Positions 9,896-18,435 of a stretch of 64,000 nucleotides of DNA are shown piece by piece (positions within the stretch are counted from its first letter, which is position 1; each line of letters opens with the position of its first letter). The DNA comes from Methanosarcinales archaeon. GTDB lineage: Archaea > Halobacteriota > UBA148 > JAUWXC01. Both the position numbers and the translations under genes were made by a program. Under the pieces are notes generated by a model. The model was not told where the DNA came from. It did no database searches and saw nothing but the letters and a program-made list of their open reading frames with translations. The DNA lies in NCBI GenBank assembly GCA_026016205.1, contig CP061209.1, forward strand, positions 448,433-512,432, written 5' to 3'.

Positions 9896-10653
9896 CTGTT
9901 AGGGTGTCTGATCTAGTTCTATATTTGTCCTGTCCGCGCCGAGTATATTTCGTGTCGCGGGGGCATAAGTTGAATGAAGCGACTGCTACTAGGTATATAG
10001 AACATCTATTGCTCAAAGAACTCGCCTACAAATTTCCTTTGTTGATTAAAAATGACAATCTGTGTAAATTGTCCACTCATTTAAGTAGTATCGCAAGTGA
10101 GGCGCAAGGCGAATTAGGTGCGATAGAAAAATCACAGATTATAGGGGCCGTATCAAACATCAATGTCGACGATATCGTAGCCGGTATAGAAAATCTCATT
10201 GATGCACTTGGCAGAGATGTGCTGCTTCAGCGGATCATGCCATGGGAAAAGGAATATCAAATGCATTCTGACCGCTTCGATATGTCAGGCCGCCCCGATA
10301 AATTAGTGTTAATTGATGGTGAGATTATTCCATCTATTATCAAAACTGGTAACAAACCTGAATATGGAGCATGGAAGGATGAACGAATTCAATTGGCCGC
10401 GTACGCACTCCTAATCGAGGAGACATTTAATTGTCCCGTTTCTCGCGGTCTAATCGAATACGCAAGACATGGCGAATTTCGCGATGTCGACATCAAACAA
10501 GCCGATAAAAAGATGGCACTTCGAATCAAGGATAGGACCCAAAAGGTCATAGATGGCACACTCCCAGGTAAACCAAGAAAAGTTCTGTGTGAATCCTGCG
10601 CTTTCATCGACCTGTGTAATGTGAAAAAGTCTTTGCTCTCCAGACTATTTTAA
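9892..10653 (+). CDS. Cas4-like / RecB-family PD-(D/E)xK exonuclease with a 4-Cys cluster (DUF83-like), stand-alone
   Basis: N-terminal Cys in YLSCPRRVYF, a RecB-type GRPDKLV...IIKTG motif, QLAAYALL, and C-terminal CESCAFIDLC (CxxCx5C). The TTG start overlaps the cdc6 stop (TTGA). Confidence 0.6.
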   Translation: MTVRVSDLVLYLSCPRRVYFVSRGHKLNEATATRYIEHLLLKELAYKFPLLIKNDNLCKLSTHLSSIASEAQGELGAIEKSQIIGAVSNINVDDIVAGIENLIDALGRDVLLQRIMPWEKEYQMHSDRFDMSGRPDKLVLIDGEIIPSIIKTGNKPEYGAWKDERIQLAAYALLIEETFNCPVSRGLIEYARHGEFRDVDIKQADKKMALRIKDRTQKVIDGTLPGKPRKVLCESCAFIDLCNVKKSLLSRLF

Positions 10654-11312
10654 AATCGTCGCCCTTTGACCTTATTGATGTTAAACTTGGCAGTTTTCGC
10701 CATGTGCATCACTGCAAACGTGCCAGCCTGGACAGGGTCAGTAACAACCAAATCCGCAGCTTCTGGCACGCTTCCTGCCATGTTAAGCGCGATTACCGGG
10801 ATGCCCACCTCGCGCAACTTTTTAACCTCTTCTGTGATGCGCCCACCCATCAGCGAACCGGCGAGCACTAAGACAGATGCTCTGTGAAGACGTGAAACGG
10901 CATTTACTGCATCCGCAATGGCATCCTCACCAACCAGTGGAATTGTATCAACACTGATGCGTTCACCCCTAATGTTATGCCTGTCCGCTTCATTAACCGC
11001 ACCCATCGCAACCTGTGCAACCTGTGCGCCGCCGCCGATTACTATCACCCTGGAGCCATAGACCTCTTGGAAGGAAGGTGAAGTGACAACCTCGTGTACG
11101 GCATCCTGTGAGGTTAAATCTGATACGAGTGCGCCTGAGTCCGTTACTCCATCGATTTCCATATAAATGGAGCCTTTTTCCTTGTGAACGCCCCTCTCAA
11201 AGATGAACTGCTGTGTATAGGTTATATTGCCGCCATGTTTTGCCACGATGCCTGCAATATCTCTTAGCACACCTGGTGTATCCTTACATATCACATTTAT
11301 GGCAAGTGTCAT
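10650..11312 (-). CDS. ACT-domain protein, conserved archaeal, function unknown
   Basis: The N-terminal ~75 aa looks like an ACT fold (INVICKDTPGVLRDIAGIVAKHGGNI). The C-terminal domain was not recognised. Confidence 0.45.
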   Translation of the reverse strand: MTLAINVICKDTPGVLRDIAGIVAKHGGNITYTQQFIFERGVHKEKGSIYMEIDGVTDSGALVSDLTSQDAVHEVVTSPSFQEVYGSRVIVIGGGAQVAQVAMGAVNEADRHNIRGERISVDTIPLVGEDAIADAVNAVSRLHRASVLVLAGSLMGGRITEEVKKLREVGIPVIALNMAGSVPEAADLVVTDPVQAGTFAVMHMAKTAKFNINKVKGRRF

Positions 11313-11327
11313 TCATATCTACCCTAT

Positions 11328-12353
11328 TTATTCCAGCCCCTTAAGTTCTTCGAATGAAAGGGGCGGATAAAACACACCCTTCTCGGTGATTATTGCTGTT
11401 ACATTGTCCATTGGCGTGGCATCGAATGCTGGATTGTAGGCCTTGGCATCTAACGGTGCAATTTGCATGTCTCCAAAGTACTTCAATTCCTGTGGCCCCC
11501 GCTCTTCTATCTCAATATCTGGCGCATGTTTCTCAAAGTCAAATGTTGACATGGGTGCAGCAACATAGAACGGTATCTTGTGCTCCTTTGCTATGACCGA
11601 AAGCGTGTACGTTCCGATTTTATTGAATACTGCTTCCTCTACTATGCGGTCTGCGCCAACGAGAATCTTGTCAACCATTCCGGATTTTATCACGTGTCCA
11701 GCCATGCTATCTGTAATTAACGTGACAGGAATGTTGTCTTGTAAGAGTTCCCACGCCGTTATTCTGGAGCCCTGATTTAATGGGCGTGTTTCAGTGGCGA
11801 TGACTTTTATTCTCTTGTTCTCCTCTATGGCTGACCTAACAACGCCAAGAGCAGTACCCCAATCCACGCATGCCATTCTGCCAGCGTTGCAGTGTGTCAG
11901 CACAACGTCGCCGTCTTCCAGTAACTTTGTCCCATTGGCGCCTATCTTTTTACATATCTCTACATCCTCGTCCGCTATTGCTTTCGCTTCTTCTAAGGCA
12001 AGTTCTTTGACTTGGATTATCGAGTGACCGGTCTTTGCCTTGCGGAGAACTCTGTCAATCCCCCAGGACAGATTTATGGCGGTTGGCCTGGTGTTTCGTA
12101 AAACTTCTGCAGCACCTTCCAGCTCCTGCACAAGATCTATGGGGCTTTTTGCCTTGCTTGTCTGTGCCGCTAATGCGATTCCAAAAGCGCCTGCAACACC
12201 AAGCGCTGGAGCGCCCCTGATGCTCAGAGTACGTATTGCCTCTGCCAGAGCATTTACATCCATGCATTCGACGATATGTCGCGCTAAAGGCAATTTGGTC
12301 TGGTCGACGAATATAATACAGTTTTTAGTATCGTCCCAATCAATCGTTCGCAT
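11328..12353 (-). CDS. mtnA: Methylthioribose-1-phosphate isomerase / eIF-2B alpha-beta-delta family (MtnA-like)
   Basis: WDDTKNCIIFVDQTKLP, IRGAPALGVAGAFG and VGADRI motifs are typical of the family. Confidence 0.8.
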   Translation of the reverse strand: MRTIDWDDTKNCIIFVDQTKLPLARHIVECMDVNALAEAIRTLSIRGAPALGVAGAFGIALAAQTSKAKSPIDLVQELEGAAEVLRNTRPTAINLSWGIDRVLRKAKTGHSIIQVKELALEEAKAIADEDVEICKKIGANGTKLLEDGDVVLTHCNAGRMACVDWGTALGVVRSAIEENKRIKVIATETRPLNQGSRITAWELLQDNIPVTLITDSMAGHVIKSGMVDKILVGADRIVEEAVFNKIGTYTLSVIAKEHKIPFYVAAPMSTFDFEKHAPDIEIEERGPQELKYFGDMQIAPLDAKAYNPAFDATPMDNVTAIITEKGVFYPPLSFEELKGLE

Positions 12354-12444
12354 AATCTCAAGGAACTACCGCGTGCTGATAATAAAAAAGTGTTGTTTTA
12401 GAGCAATCTTTATCTGTTGTAATAAGTAAACGCATAAACCTCCT

Positions 12445-13224
12445 ATGAAAAGATGTATGATATGCGGACGGCAAGAGCACCTACCATTCACATGCAAATT
12501 CTGTGGTGATGTGTTCTGCGCAGAGCACAGGCTGCCAGAGAATCATCACTGCCCTGGTCTGGCAGGGCTGAAGGATATATCTAAGGAGATTATATACTCT
12601 CCAACTCCCAGGGAGGTTAAAATAGTGCAGAAAAGGCGTCCGAGGATTTCCCTACCCCCCTTACCTGTATACAGCTATTCTCAGGCGATTTTGATGATAT
12701 GCGTGGCATCTTTCTTCTTGCAGGTATTTCCGCTGTACAACGAGATGTTCGCCTTATACCCAACTCATGTAATCGCAAGACCGTGGATGCTGGTAACGTA
12801 TATGTTTCTGCACGGTAGCTTTGTGCACCTGCTTTTCAATATGTTATTCCTCTTCTTCTTTGGGCCCAGACTTGAAAGTTTAGTTGGAAGCAAGACATTT
12901 CTCGAGATATATCTTGGCTCGGGTGTCATAGCCGGCATCGGACATGTACTCACGTCTTCCGGCCCTGTGGTGGGCGCAAGCGGTGCATTATATGGTATAT
13001 TTGGTTGTCTTGCCATCATCGCACCGTACATCGTTGTATTCATATACTTCATTCCGATGAAAATCACGCATGCCGTCATCCTATTCGCGATAATGGACTT
13101 ACTGCTGATGGGTTCAGGAGACATGATAGCGCATGCTGCCCATTTGAGCGGTCTTTTAGTTGGCATAGTCTATGGCATGCAACTAAAAAAGAGCCTAAGA
13201 CGGACGCCTTATCTCGGCTTTTAA
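12445..13224 (+). CDS. Rhomboid-family intramembrane serine protease with an N-terminal AN1-type zinc finger
   Basis: AN1-like CxxC...CxxC...CxxH...HxC segment (CMICGR...[20 protein letters not shown]), followed by rhomboid motifs GASGALYG (Ser) and AHLSG (His). Confidence 0.75.
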   Translation: MKRCMICGRQEHLPFTCKFCGDVFCAEHRLPENHHCPGLAGLKDISKEIIYSPTPREVKIVQKRRPRISLPPLPVYSYSQAILMICVASFFLQVFPLYNEMFALYPTHVIARPWMLVTYMFLHGSFVHLLFNMLFLFFFGPRLESLVGSKTFLEIYLGSGVIAGIGHVLTSSGPVVGASGALYGIFGCLAIIAPYIVVFIYFIPMKITHAVILFAIMDLLLMGSGDMIAHAAHLSGLLVGIVYGMQLKKSLRRTPYLGF

Positions 13225-14828
13225 CACACGCCAATTTCAAACGCCACAACAGGATGGTCCAAGCCGAAATTGAGGATGACATCTGGGTGAATTTCTCCAA
13301 ACACCCCTACGCTCTTTTTCTTGACCAAGATGGATGCCCTTCGCCCTTCTAAAAATGCAGGGTCATTGGATTCGGCAATCTCATATTCGAGTCCAAGTTC
13401 CTTCAGCATGGACTCGACAACGGATTTTACCTCGGCGAAGTTTGCTGTGGAATGAGTTGAAACACCGGCTAATTTTTGCATATCTTTGGAATCAACGATA
13501 ACATCTCCTACTTCGAAGATTTTCTGCTGCATCTCAACGTGTTTGTTCCGCGATAGTACGCCCATCAGATTTGGTAGGATAGTGCAACGAATCATCGTGT
13601 GCTCTTCACTGATTGGATGTTTAACCTTTGTGACATTTGCCTGGGTGCGCTTCATCATATCAAAGTGCACCCGCTCGTTCGTTAGGGTAAATGTCGTGAC
13701 TTCTAAAAATCCCAGACCGACCATGATTTCTCTAAGCAATGCAAGTTTGTCTTCAATAGGATGCGCCCTGCCTATCGTAGCGGTTTCGGGAAGTTCGGGC
13801 TTGAATTTGTCAAATCCATACCCAATGGCGACGTCTTCAATCAGGTCCCAGTTGTGTAATATATCTGCCCTGTATGCGGGTATCGCTACTTCTATCGCCT
13901 CCCCCTTAACAGTTGCACCAAACCTCATTTTTTCCAGTTCACGGACAATTTGTTTGGCGTCCAGAGTAAGACCAAGAAGTGAATTTACCTCGCCTATGCT
14001 AAGCTCTCTACTCGTCGGAGATAGATCAGGCGTGAAAGCGCTCTTTCCATCCGAAATGATTTCAACCGATTCTATTTTGGCGCCCCTCTCTGCCAGCGCG
14101 GTGACCACAATATTGAGTGCCATTGCTACGGATGCATCCATGCCAGTTACTTCAATGAACATATCTGTCGTTTCTTCTGTGACCGCGGTTAATGTACCAT
14201 TGATGATGGGAGGGAAGGACAGCACATTGTCTCCAGAATCCACTATTAACGGGTAGCGATTTACTCCCTCTAACATGTGCGCAAACCGGACCCCTTTTGG
14301 ATGCTCTTTGAGAATGGTGCGCATGGACATCTTTTTGTCAAAATCCAGCGGAACAAACTCTGTGTTGGGGTCGACTGCCTTGTACACAAACGGCGGCTTG
14401 ACCTTGGATATGTCATGGACGCCGATGGATACCTTCTTCCTGTTGCGTCCCAGCCCCCAGTGCAGGTCTTCCTGCAGTGCCATCAACGATTCGATGGATG
14501 CGGAGTTGAAATGCAGTCCACGCACGACGGCGCAGGCAAGGCAAGGTCTAATCAGCTTGACGGATTTTTCAATTATGATTGACATGTTTGACTTTTTGAC
14601 ATCGTACTTGCGCAATCCCGTTTCGATGCCAAGAAACCCCCTCATCGCCCTTGCAACGCCCTCGACGGAAAAGAGATCCGGCCTGTCCGGGAAGAACTCG
14701 ACATCAGCATACGTGTCTTCAATGCGCTCGATATCGGCGCCGATCATGGGTATGTGCTTGAGAATTGTATCCTTGTCAGTGCCAACCAATTTTTTCAGGT
14801 CATCATATTGTAGGGTTATAACTGGCAT
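13221..14828 (-). CDS. pheT: Phenylalanyl-tRNA synthetase beta subunit
   Basis: [16 protein letters not shown] is a typical archaeal PheT N-terminus, and the length matches. The gene is adjacent to pheS. The start was set at the Met at 14828; the ORF-track start would overlap pheS by 115 nt. Confidence 0.85.
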   Translation of the reverse strand: MPVITLQYDDLKKLVGTDKDTILKHIPMIGADIERIEDTYADVEFFPDRPDLFSVEGVARAMRGFLGIETGLRKYDVKKSNMSIIIEKSVKLIRPCLACAVVRGLHFNSASIESLMALQEDLHWGLGRNRKKVSIGVHDISKVKPPFVYKAVDPNTEFVPLDFDKKMSMRTILKEHPKGVRFAHMLEGVNRYPLIVDSGDNVLSFPPIINGTLTAVTEETTDMFIEVTGMDASVAMALNIVVTALAERGAKIESVEIISDGKSAFTPDLSPTSRELSIGEVNSLLGLTLDAKQIVRELEKMRFGATVKGEAIEVAIPAYRADILHNWDLIEDVAIGYGFDKFKPELPETATIGRAHPIEDKLALLREIMVGLGFLEVTTFTLTNERVHFDMMKRTQANVTKVKHPISEEHTMIRCTILPNLMGVLSRNKHVEMQQKIFEVGDVIVDSKDMQKLAGVSTHSTANFAEVKSVVESMLKELGLEYEIAESNDPAFLEGRRASILVKKKSVGVFGEIHPDVILNFGLDHPVVAFEIGVC

Positions 14829-16312
14829 GCTGGATACCTCCTTAGCCAGTCGATATCTGGAGCATATATGTCTCTCAGGTCTCTTAGGCCCAGGCGCAAC
14901 ATCGCCAGTCTGCCAACGCCAAGACCCCATGCCAGAACAGGATGTTCGATTCCCAGCGGAGCGGTCACCTCTTGCCTGAATATGCCCGCACCACCCAGTT
15001 CAATCCAGCCCAATTCTGGTACGTATACCTCGGGCTCAACCGATGGCTCTGTATAGGGGAAGTAACCAGGCCTGAAGCGCACATCTTTGAAGCCAACGCG
15101 ATGGTAAAACTCAGCCAGACATCCCAGCAGATTCTTAAACGAAACGCCCTCGTCCATCACCACGCCTTCCAATTGCTCGAACTCGGGCAGATGCGTTGCA
15201 TCAATGGCTTCGCGCCTGTAAACCCTGCCAATACAGAACACCTTGACAGGCGGATTCGGGTTATCGGCGAGATATTTGATTGTGATTGCTGTAGTATGCG
15301 TTCTGAGTACGTTGGTTTTTGCAAGTTCCTCGCTCCAGTGACCACTCCAGCCTGTCGAGCCGATATCACCACCGTGCTCGTGCATCTCTTTTACGTTCTG
15401 CACGTATTCGCCAGGCAGTTTTCCCTTGGAATCAAGGTAAAACGTGTCCTGCATTTCTCTAGCAGGATGATCCTGTGGCTGGAATAACGCGTCAAAGTTC
15501 CAGAAAGATGTCTGTATGTGGCTCCCTTTAATCTCCTCAAACCCCATTTCGAGACATATCTGGCGCATCTCATCGAGCAAACGCTGGTAAGGATGCTTCT
15601 TGGCAGCAAAAATGCGAGTGGAAGACGCATGTATGTCATACGGGCGCAGGCGCTTTTTTCTCCATTCGCCTGATCTAATCAAGTCCGGCGTTAGTTGCCC
15701 AAGATCTTCTCCAATTTCAATGCCCTTTCGCACAAGTTTGCGCCCTTCGTTGGTAATGGCAATTACGCGGGATGTCCTCTCGGTGCACCTGATTAAATCT
15801 CGCCCCACCAACTCCTGAATTGTCGTCGAAGGGTAACTCGTAAGCGTCTCTGGGTGATGTGCGAGCAGGTAGTGTAAAACTTCTTCCGGAGGGTATTTTT
15901 TATGAGTTTTAAGAGGTGTGATAACGGTCTCTTTGCCTCTTTTTTCTATCGATGCCAGTCCTTTTTGCTTTAGCCACCCCAGTGCAATGCTGATTTCTTT
16001 ATCTGAGAATGTATTCTTCAACTTAATTAGGGGGGTGGGCTTACCTTCTGCATATGCGATAATGCGCAGTTCTGGCAATCCTTGCCGGGCATAAAGTTCT
16101 CCTTCGGGAGTGGGCGAGTAAAGCACAATCGTCTCTTCTACGATATTTGCAAGACCTTTTTTCGCAAGCAAAAATGCTGCCTGCATCGCGGCATCGATCT
16201 GCAATCCTGACTCAGCGGCAAGTTTCTGTGGGTCCGCGGATTTGACCTTGTTCAGCGCCAGTAATATGCATTTCTCATTGGCGGTTAATGTGCTTGGCTT
16301 ATCTGATGCCAT
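14816..16312 (-). CDS. pheS: Phenylalanyl-tRNA synthetase alpha subunit
   Basis: Class II motifs ([21 protein letters not shown]) and N-terminal winged-helix repeats. Confidence 0.9.
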   Translation of the reverse strand: MASDKPSTLTANEKCILLALNKVKSADPQKLAAESGLQIDAAMQAAFLLAKKGLANIVEETIVLYSPTPEGELYARQGLPELRIIAYAEGKPTPLIKLKNTFSDKEISIALGWLKQKGLASIEKRGKETVITPLKTHKKYPPEEVLHYLLAHHPETLTSYPSTTIQELVGRDLIRCTERTSRVIAITNEGRKLVRKGIEIGEDLGQLTPDLIRSGEWRKKRLRPYDIHASSTRIFAAKKHPYQRLLDEMRQICLEMGFEEIKGSHIQTSFWNFDALFQPQDHPAREMQDTFYLDSKGKLPGEYVQNVKEMHEHGGDIGSTGWSGHWSEELAKTNVLRTHTTAITIKYLADNPNPPVKVFCIGRVYRREAIDATHLPEFEQLEGVVMDEGVSFKNLLGCLAEFYHRVGFKDVRFRPGYFPYTEPSVEPEVYVPELGWIELGGAGIFRQEVTAPLGIEHPVLAWGLGVGRLAMLRLGLRDLRDIYAPDIDWLRRYPACQL

Positions 16313-16343
16313 GGTCGTACTCCCTACCCCATAAAGGATAACG

Positions 16344-16351
16344 CTTATATT
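16344..16351. promoter_or_regulatory. Candidate shared TATA element of a divergent promoter (pheS / 16389 gene)
   Basis: TTATATTT lies 32 nt from the pheS ATG and 38 nt from the ATG at 16389, in a 76-bp spacer. Confidence 0.3.
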
Positions 16352-16388
16352 TGTAACTACTGGAATTGAAAAAGTTTATCAACGCAGG

Positions 16389-16715
16389 ATGACGTTGATA
16401 GTTCCGGAGGAAAACGACTTGGAGATATTATACTTCTATAATACCGATGCAAAGAAGGATGTTGAGAAAGCGTTACAGGAGGATATCATAAAGAGGGCAG
16501 ATTATACTGTCAGGGAGTGCAAGCTCCTGGGTTCAGACCGTGAAGGCTATTTCTTGTATCTGCGCGGAACGCCCGATATGATGAAAGAGGTGGACAAATT
16601 ATTCGCAGACCTGCCCCTAGAAAAAGTGCCTGAAAAAGAGGCAAAAGATATCATTGAAAAAATCAAAGCCGAAGACGATTCGGCTGCGACAGGCATGGGT
16701 ATGATTTTTGGGTGA
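16389..16715 (+). CDS. Small acidic hypothetical protein with a ribosomal-stalk-like C-terminal tail
   Basis: 108-aa ORF ending ...AEDDSAATGMGMIFG. No family recognised. Confidence 0.5.
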   Translation: MTLIVPEENDLEILYFYNTDAKKDVEKALQEDIIKRADYTVRECKLLGSDREGYFLYLRGTPDMMKEVDKLFADLPLEKVPEKEAKDIIEKIKAEDDSAATGMGMIFG

Positions 16716-16765
16716 TATGCCGTTAAGTGAACTTTTAATACGATAAACAACGTGAAGTAAAGTGT

Positions 16766-16999
16766 ATGAAAGTGCTAAACTATAGAATTCTGCTCAGAAA
16801 AGAGCCTGAAGGCGGCTATACAGTGATAGTTCCTTCTCTTCCTGGCTGCGTCACATACGGGGACACAATAGAAGAAGCGATAGAGATGGCAAAGGAAGCT
16901 ATTGGGTTATATGCAGAGAGCTTAAAAAAGCATGGCGAGGAGATGCCAACAGAGGAAGGAACTTTAGAATATACTCTGACGGTAGAGGCACATGCCTAA
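16766..16999 (+). CDS. hicB: HicB-family antitoxin (UPF0150)
   Basis: The YRILLRKEPEGGYTVIVPSLPGCVTYGDTIEEAIEMAKEAI segment is the classic HicB N-domain. Confidence 0.85.
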   Translation: MKVLNYRILLRKEPEGGYTVIVPSLPGCVTYGDTIEEAIEMAKEAIGLYAESLKKHGEEMPTEEGTLEYTLTVEAHA

Positions 17000-17084
17000 A
17001 CTCCCATCCCGTACTCCTCAGAAAGTTATCAAGGTACGTGAGAAAAAAGGATTCGCACGTCATTTCAAACTTTTCTCATTATAA
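16992..17084 (+). pseudogene. hicA: Truncated hicA toxin remnant (N-terminal ~24 codons only)
   Basis: My own translation gives MPKLPSRTPQKVIKVREKKGFARH, then an unrelated FKLFSL* tail. The ATG overlaps the hicB stop. HicA-like similarity ends where the A+T-rich island begins. Confidence 0.6.
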
Positions 17085-17754
17085 ACAAATACTTAAATCC
17101 TCTTAAGTAAAAATTATATTGAATCGCTCTTTGCTCCCAAACATTTGTGTTTGATCTTTGATGTCTTCTAATAAGACAAATTACATCAACGGGTTCAAAA
17201 TATTTTTCCAACATTTGATAGATTCTTATGCCAACAGGAATAAATCCTGATTTACTTCTCCAATGGTCTCCAATAACCCAACCAACAACTTTGCCTTCTT
17301 TCAAAATTCTATGAATCTCTTTAGCTACTTTTTCTAATTCCTGATAAAAATCCTCTTTTTCAGCTGATATTTTGCCGATACAGTCAAGATGACTAGAATA
17401 TGTTACATTATCTCCATATGGTGAATCAACAAAAATCATATCCACTGAGTTATCATCTAAGGGTATTTTTCTTGCGTCGTTTTGTATTATGCTAGGTCTT
17501 GTTGGTGCGATATCATATCCAATAACTTTTCTCCCTTCTTCTTTACATACATCTATTGTTGTTCCACTACCGCACATTGGATCAACAATTAAATCTCCTA
17601 CCTTCGTATATCTTTGTAGCATATTCCAAATAACACCAGCAGGAGTTACACCATTAAACTTCCAGTCACCTTTTTGAGTATTGCCATAACTTTGCTTAGG
17701 AAAGTCCCATAATGTTGTAGGTTCTAAAACTGGTTTATCATTCTGACTTTTCAT
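17065..17754 (-). CDS. Small SAM-dependent N6-adenine/N4-cytosine-type DNA methyltransferase (motif I before motif IV)
   Basis: SAM-binding motif DPMCGSGTT is followed ~45 aa later by the catalytic-type VDSPYG. The protein is 229 aa. Confidence 0.7.
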   Translation of the reverse strand: MKSQNDKPVLEPTTLWDFPKQSYGNTQKGDWKFNGVTPAGVIWNMLQRYTKVGDLIVDPMCGSGTTIDVCKEEGRKVIGYDIAPTRPSIIQNDARKIPLDDNSVDMIFVDSPYGDNVTYSSHLDCIGKISAEKEDFYQELEKVAKEIHRILKEGKVVGWVIGDHWRSKSGFIPVGIRIYQMLEKYFEPVDVICLIRRHQRSNTNVWEQRAIQYNFYLRGFKYLFIMRKV

Positions 17755-18433
17755 TTATTAAAACCCTTAAATCTTCAATAAATTTGTCAAACATCTTTAC
17801 TTTATCGCTTTCTTCTATCTTTGTCTCACTCATGACATAACTGCCATCTGTATCAACTTCTACAATGGCTCTCCCTTTCTTTGTGGGTTTCTTAATGGTC
17901 AATGTCCCATCTTCATCAGGAGTAATAAAGAATACACGAATATGTTTTGTTACATCATCCTGCAATAGCTTTAGTTTCCAGTAACCTGTTTGGGCAATTC
18001 TTTCTCGTAACGTAACTTTGCTTGAAATTACTGCTATAACTTTCATAGTCTTTGGTTCATAAATTATCATATCAACATCAGGCAGATGAGAGCCGAATTC
18101 ACCATAATCTATAAGAAGATTTCTTTTAACTCTGCTTAATTCTTCTGATAAGTTTTTACTTTTTGTTCTTTCTAGTGTATTACCCCCTATTATTTTCAAT
18201 CCCAAACTTTTAACTTCATCTTCAATAATATACATTATCAACTTCTCTAAGTTTTTACCTTTGAAAGCTCTCCAAGATTGTTCATGGTCTTTGTTGGCTG
18301 TTGGATGCTTTAACCAATCTTTTCTGTGTAATTCTTTTGCTTCTTTTAGCATTGCAGAGATGTGCCTATATGCTTCTGTGCCAAATCTCTTTTTCTTTCC
18401 TTCGTAGAGTCTAACTAAATCTGAAAATTGCAT
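17738..18433 (-). CDS. Putative PD-(D/E)xK restriction endonuclease-like protein (family not recognised)
   Basis: HLPDVDMIIYEP...VIAVISSKVTLRER gives a PD...SxK(+E) signature inside a beta-strand-like context. The gene sits between a nuclease and an MTase gene, with SD-like GGTGGA upstream. Confidence 0.45.
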   Translation of the reverse strand: MQFSDLVRLYEGKKKRFGTEAYRHISAMLKEAKELHRKDWLKHPTANKDHEQSWRAFKGKNLEKLIMYIIEDEVKSLGLKIIGGNTLERTKSKNLSEELSRVKRNLLIDYGEFGSHLPDVDMIIYEPKTMKVIAVISSKVTLRERIAQTGYWKLKLLQDDVTKHIRVFFITPDEDGTLTIKKPTKKGRAIVEVDTDGSYVMSETKIEESDKVKMFDKFIEDLRVLINEKSE

Positions 18434-18435
18434 TC

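Noticed and set aside
9892-10653. The Cas4-like gene as evidence of a CRISPR-Cas locus.
   Set aside because: No repeat-spacer array and no other cas genes occur anywhere in the window. I treat it as a stand-alone RecB/Cas4-family nuclease.
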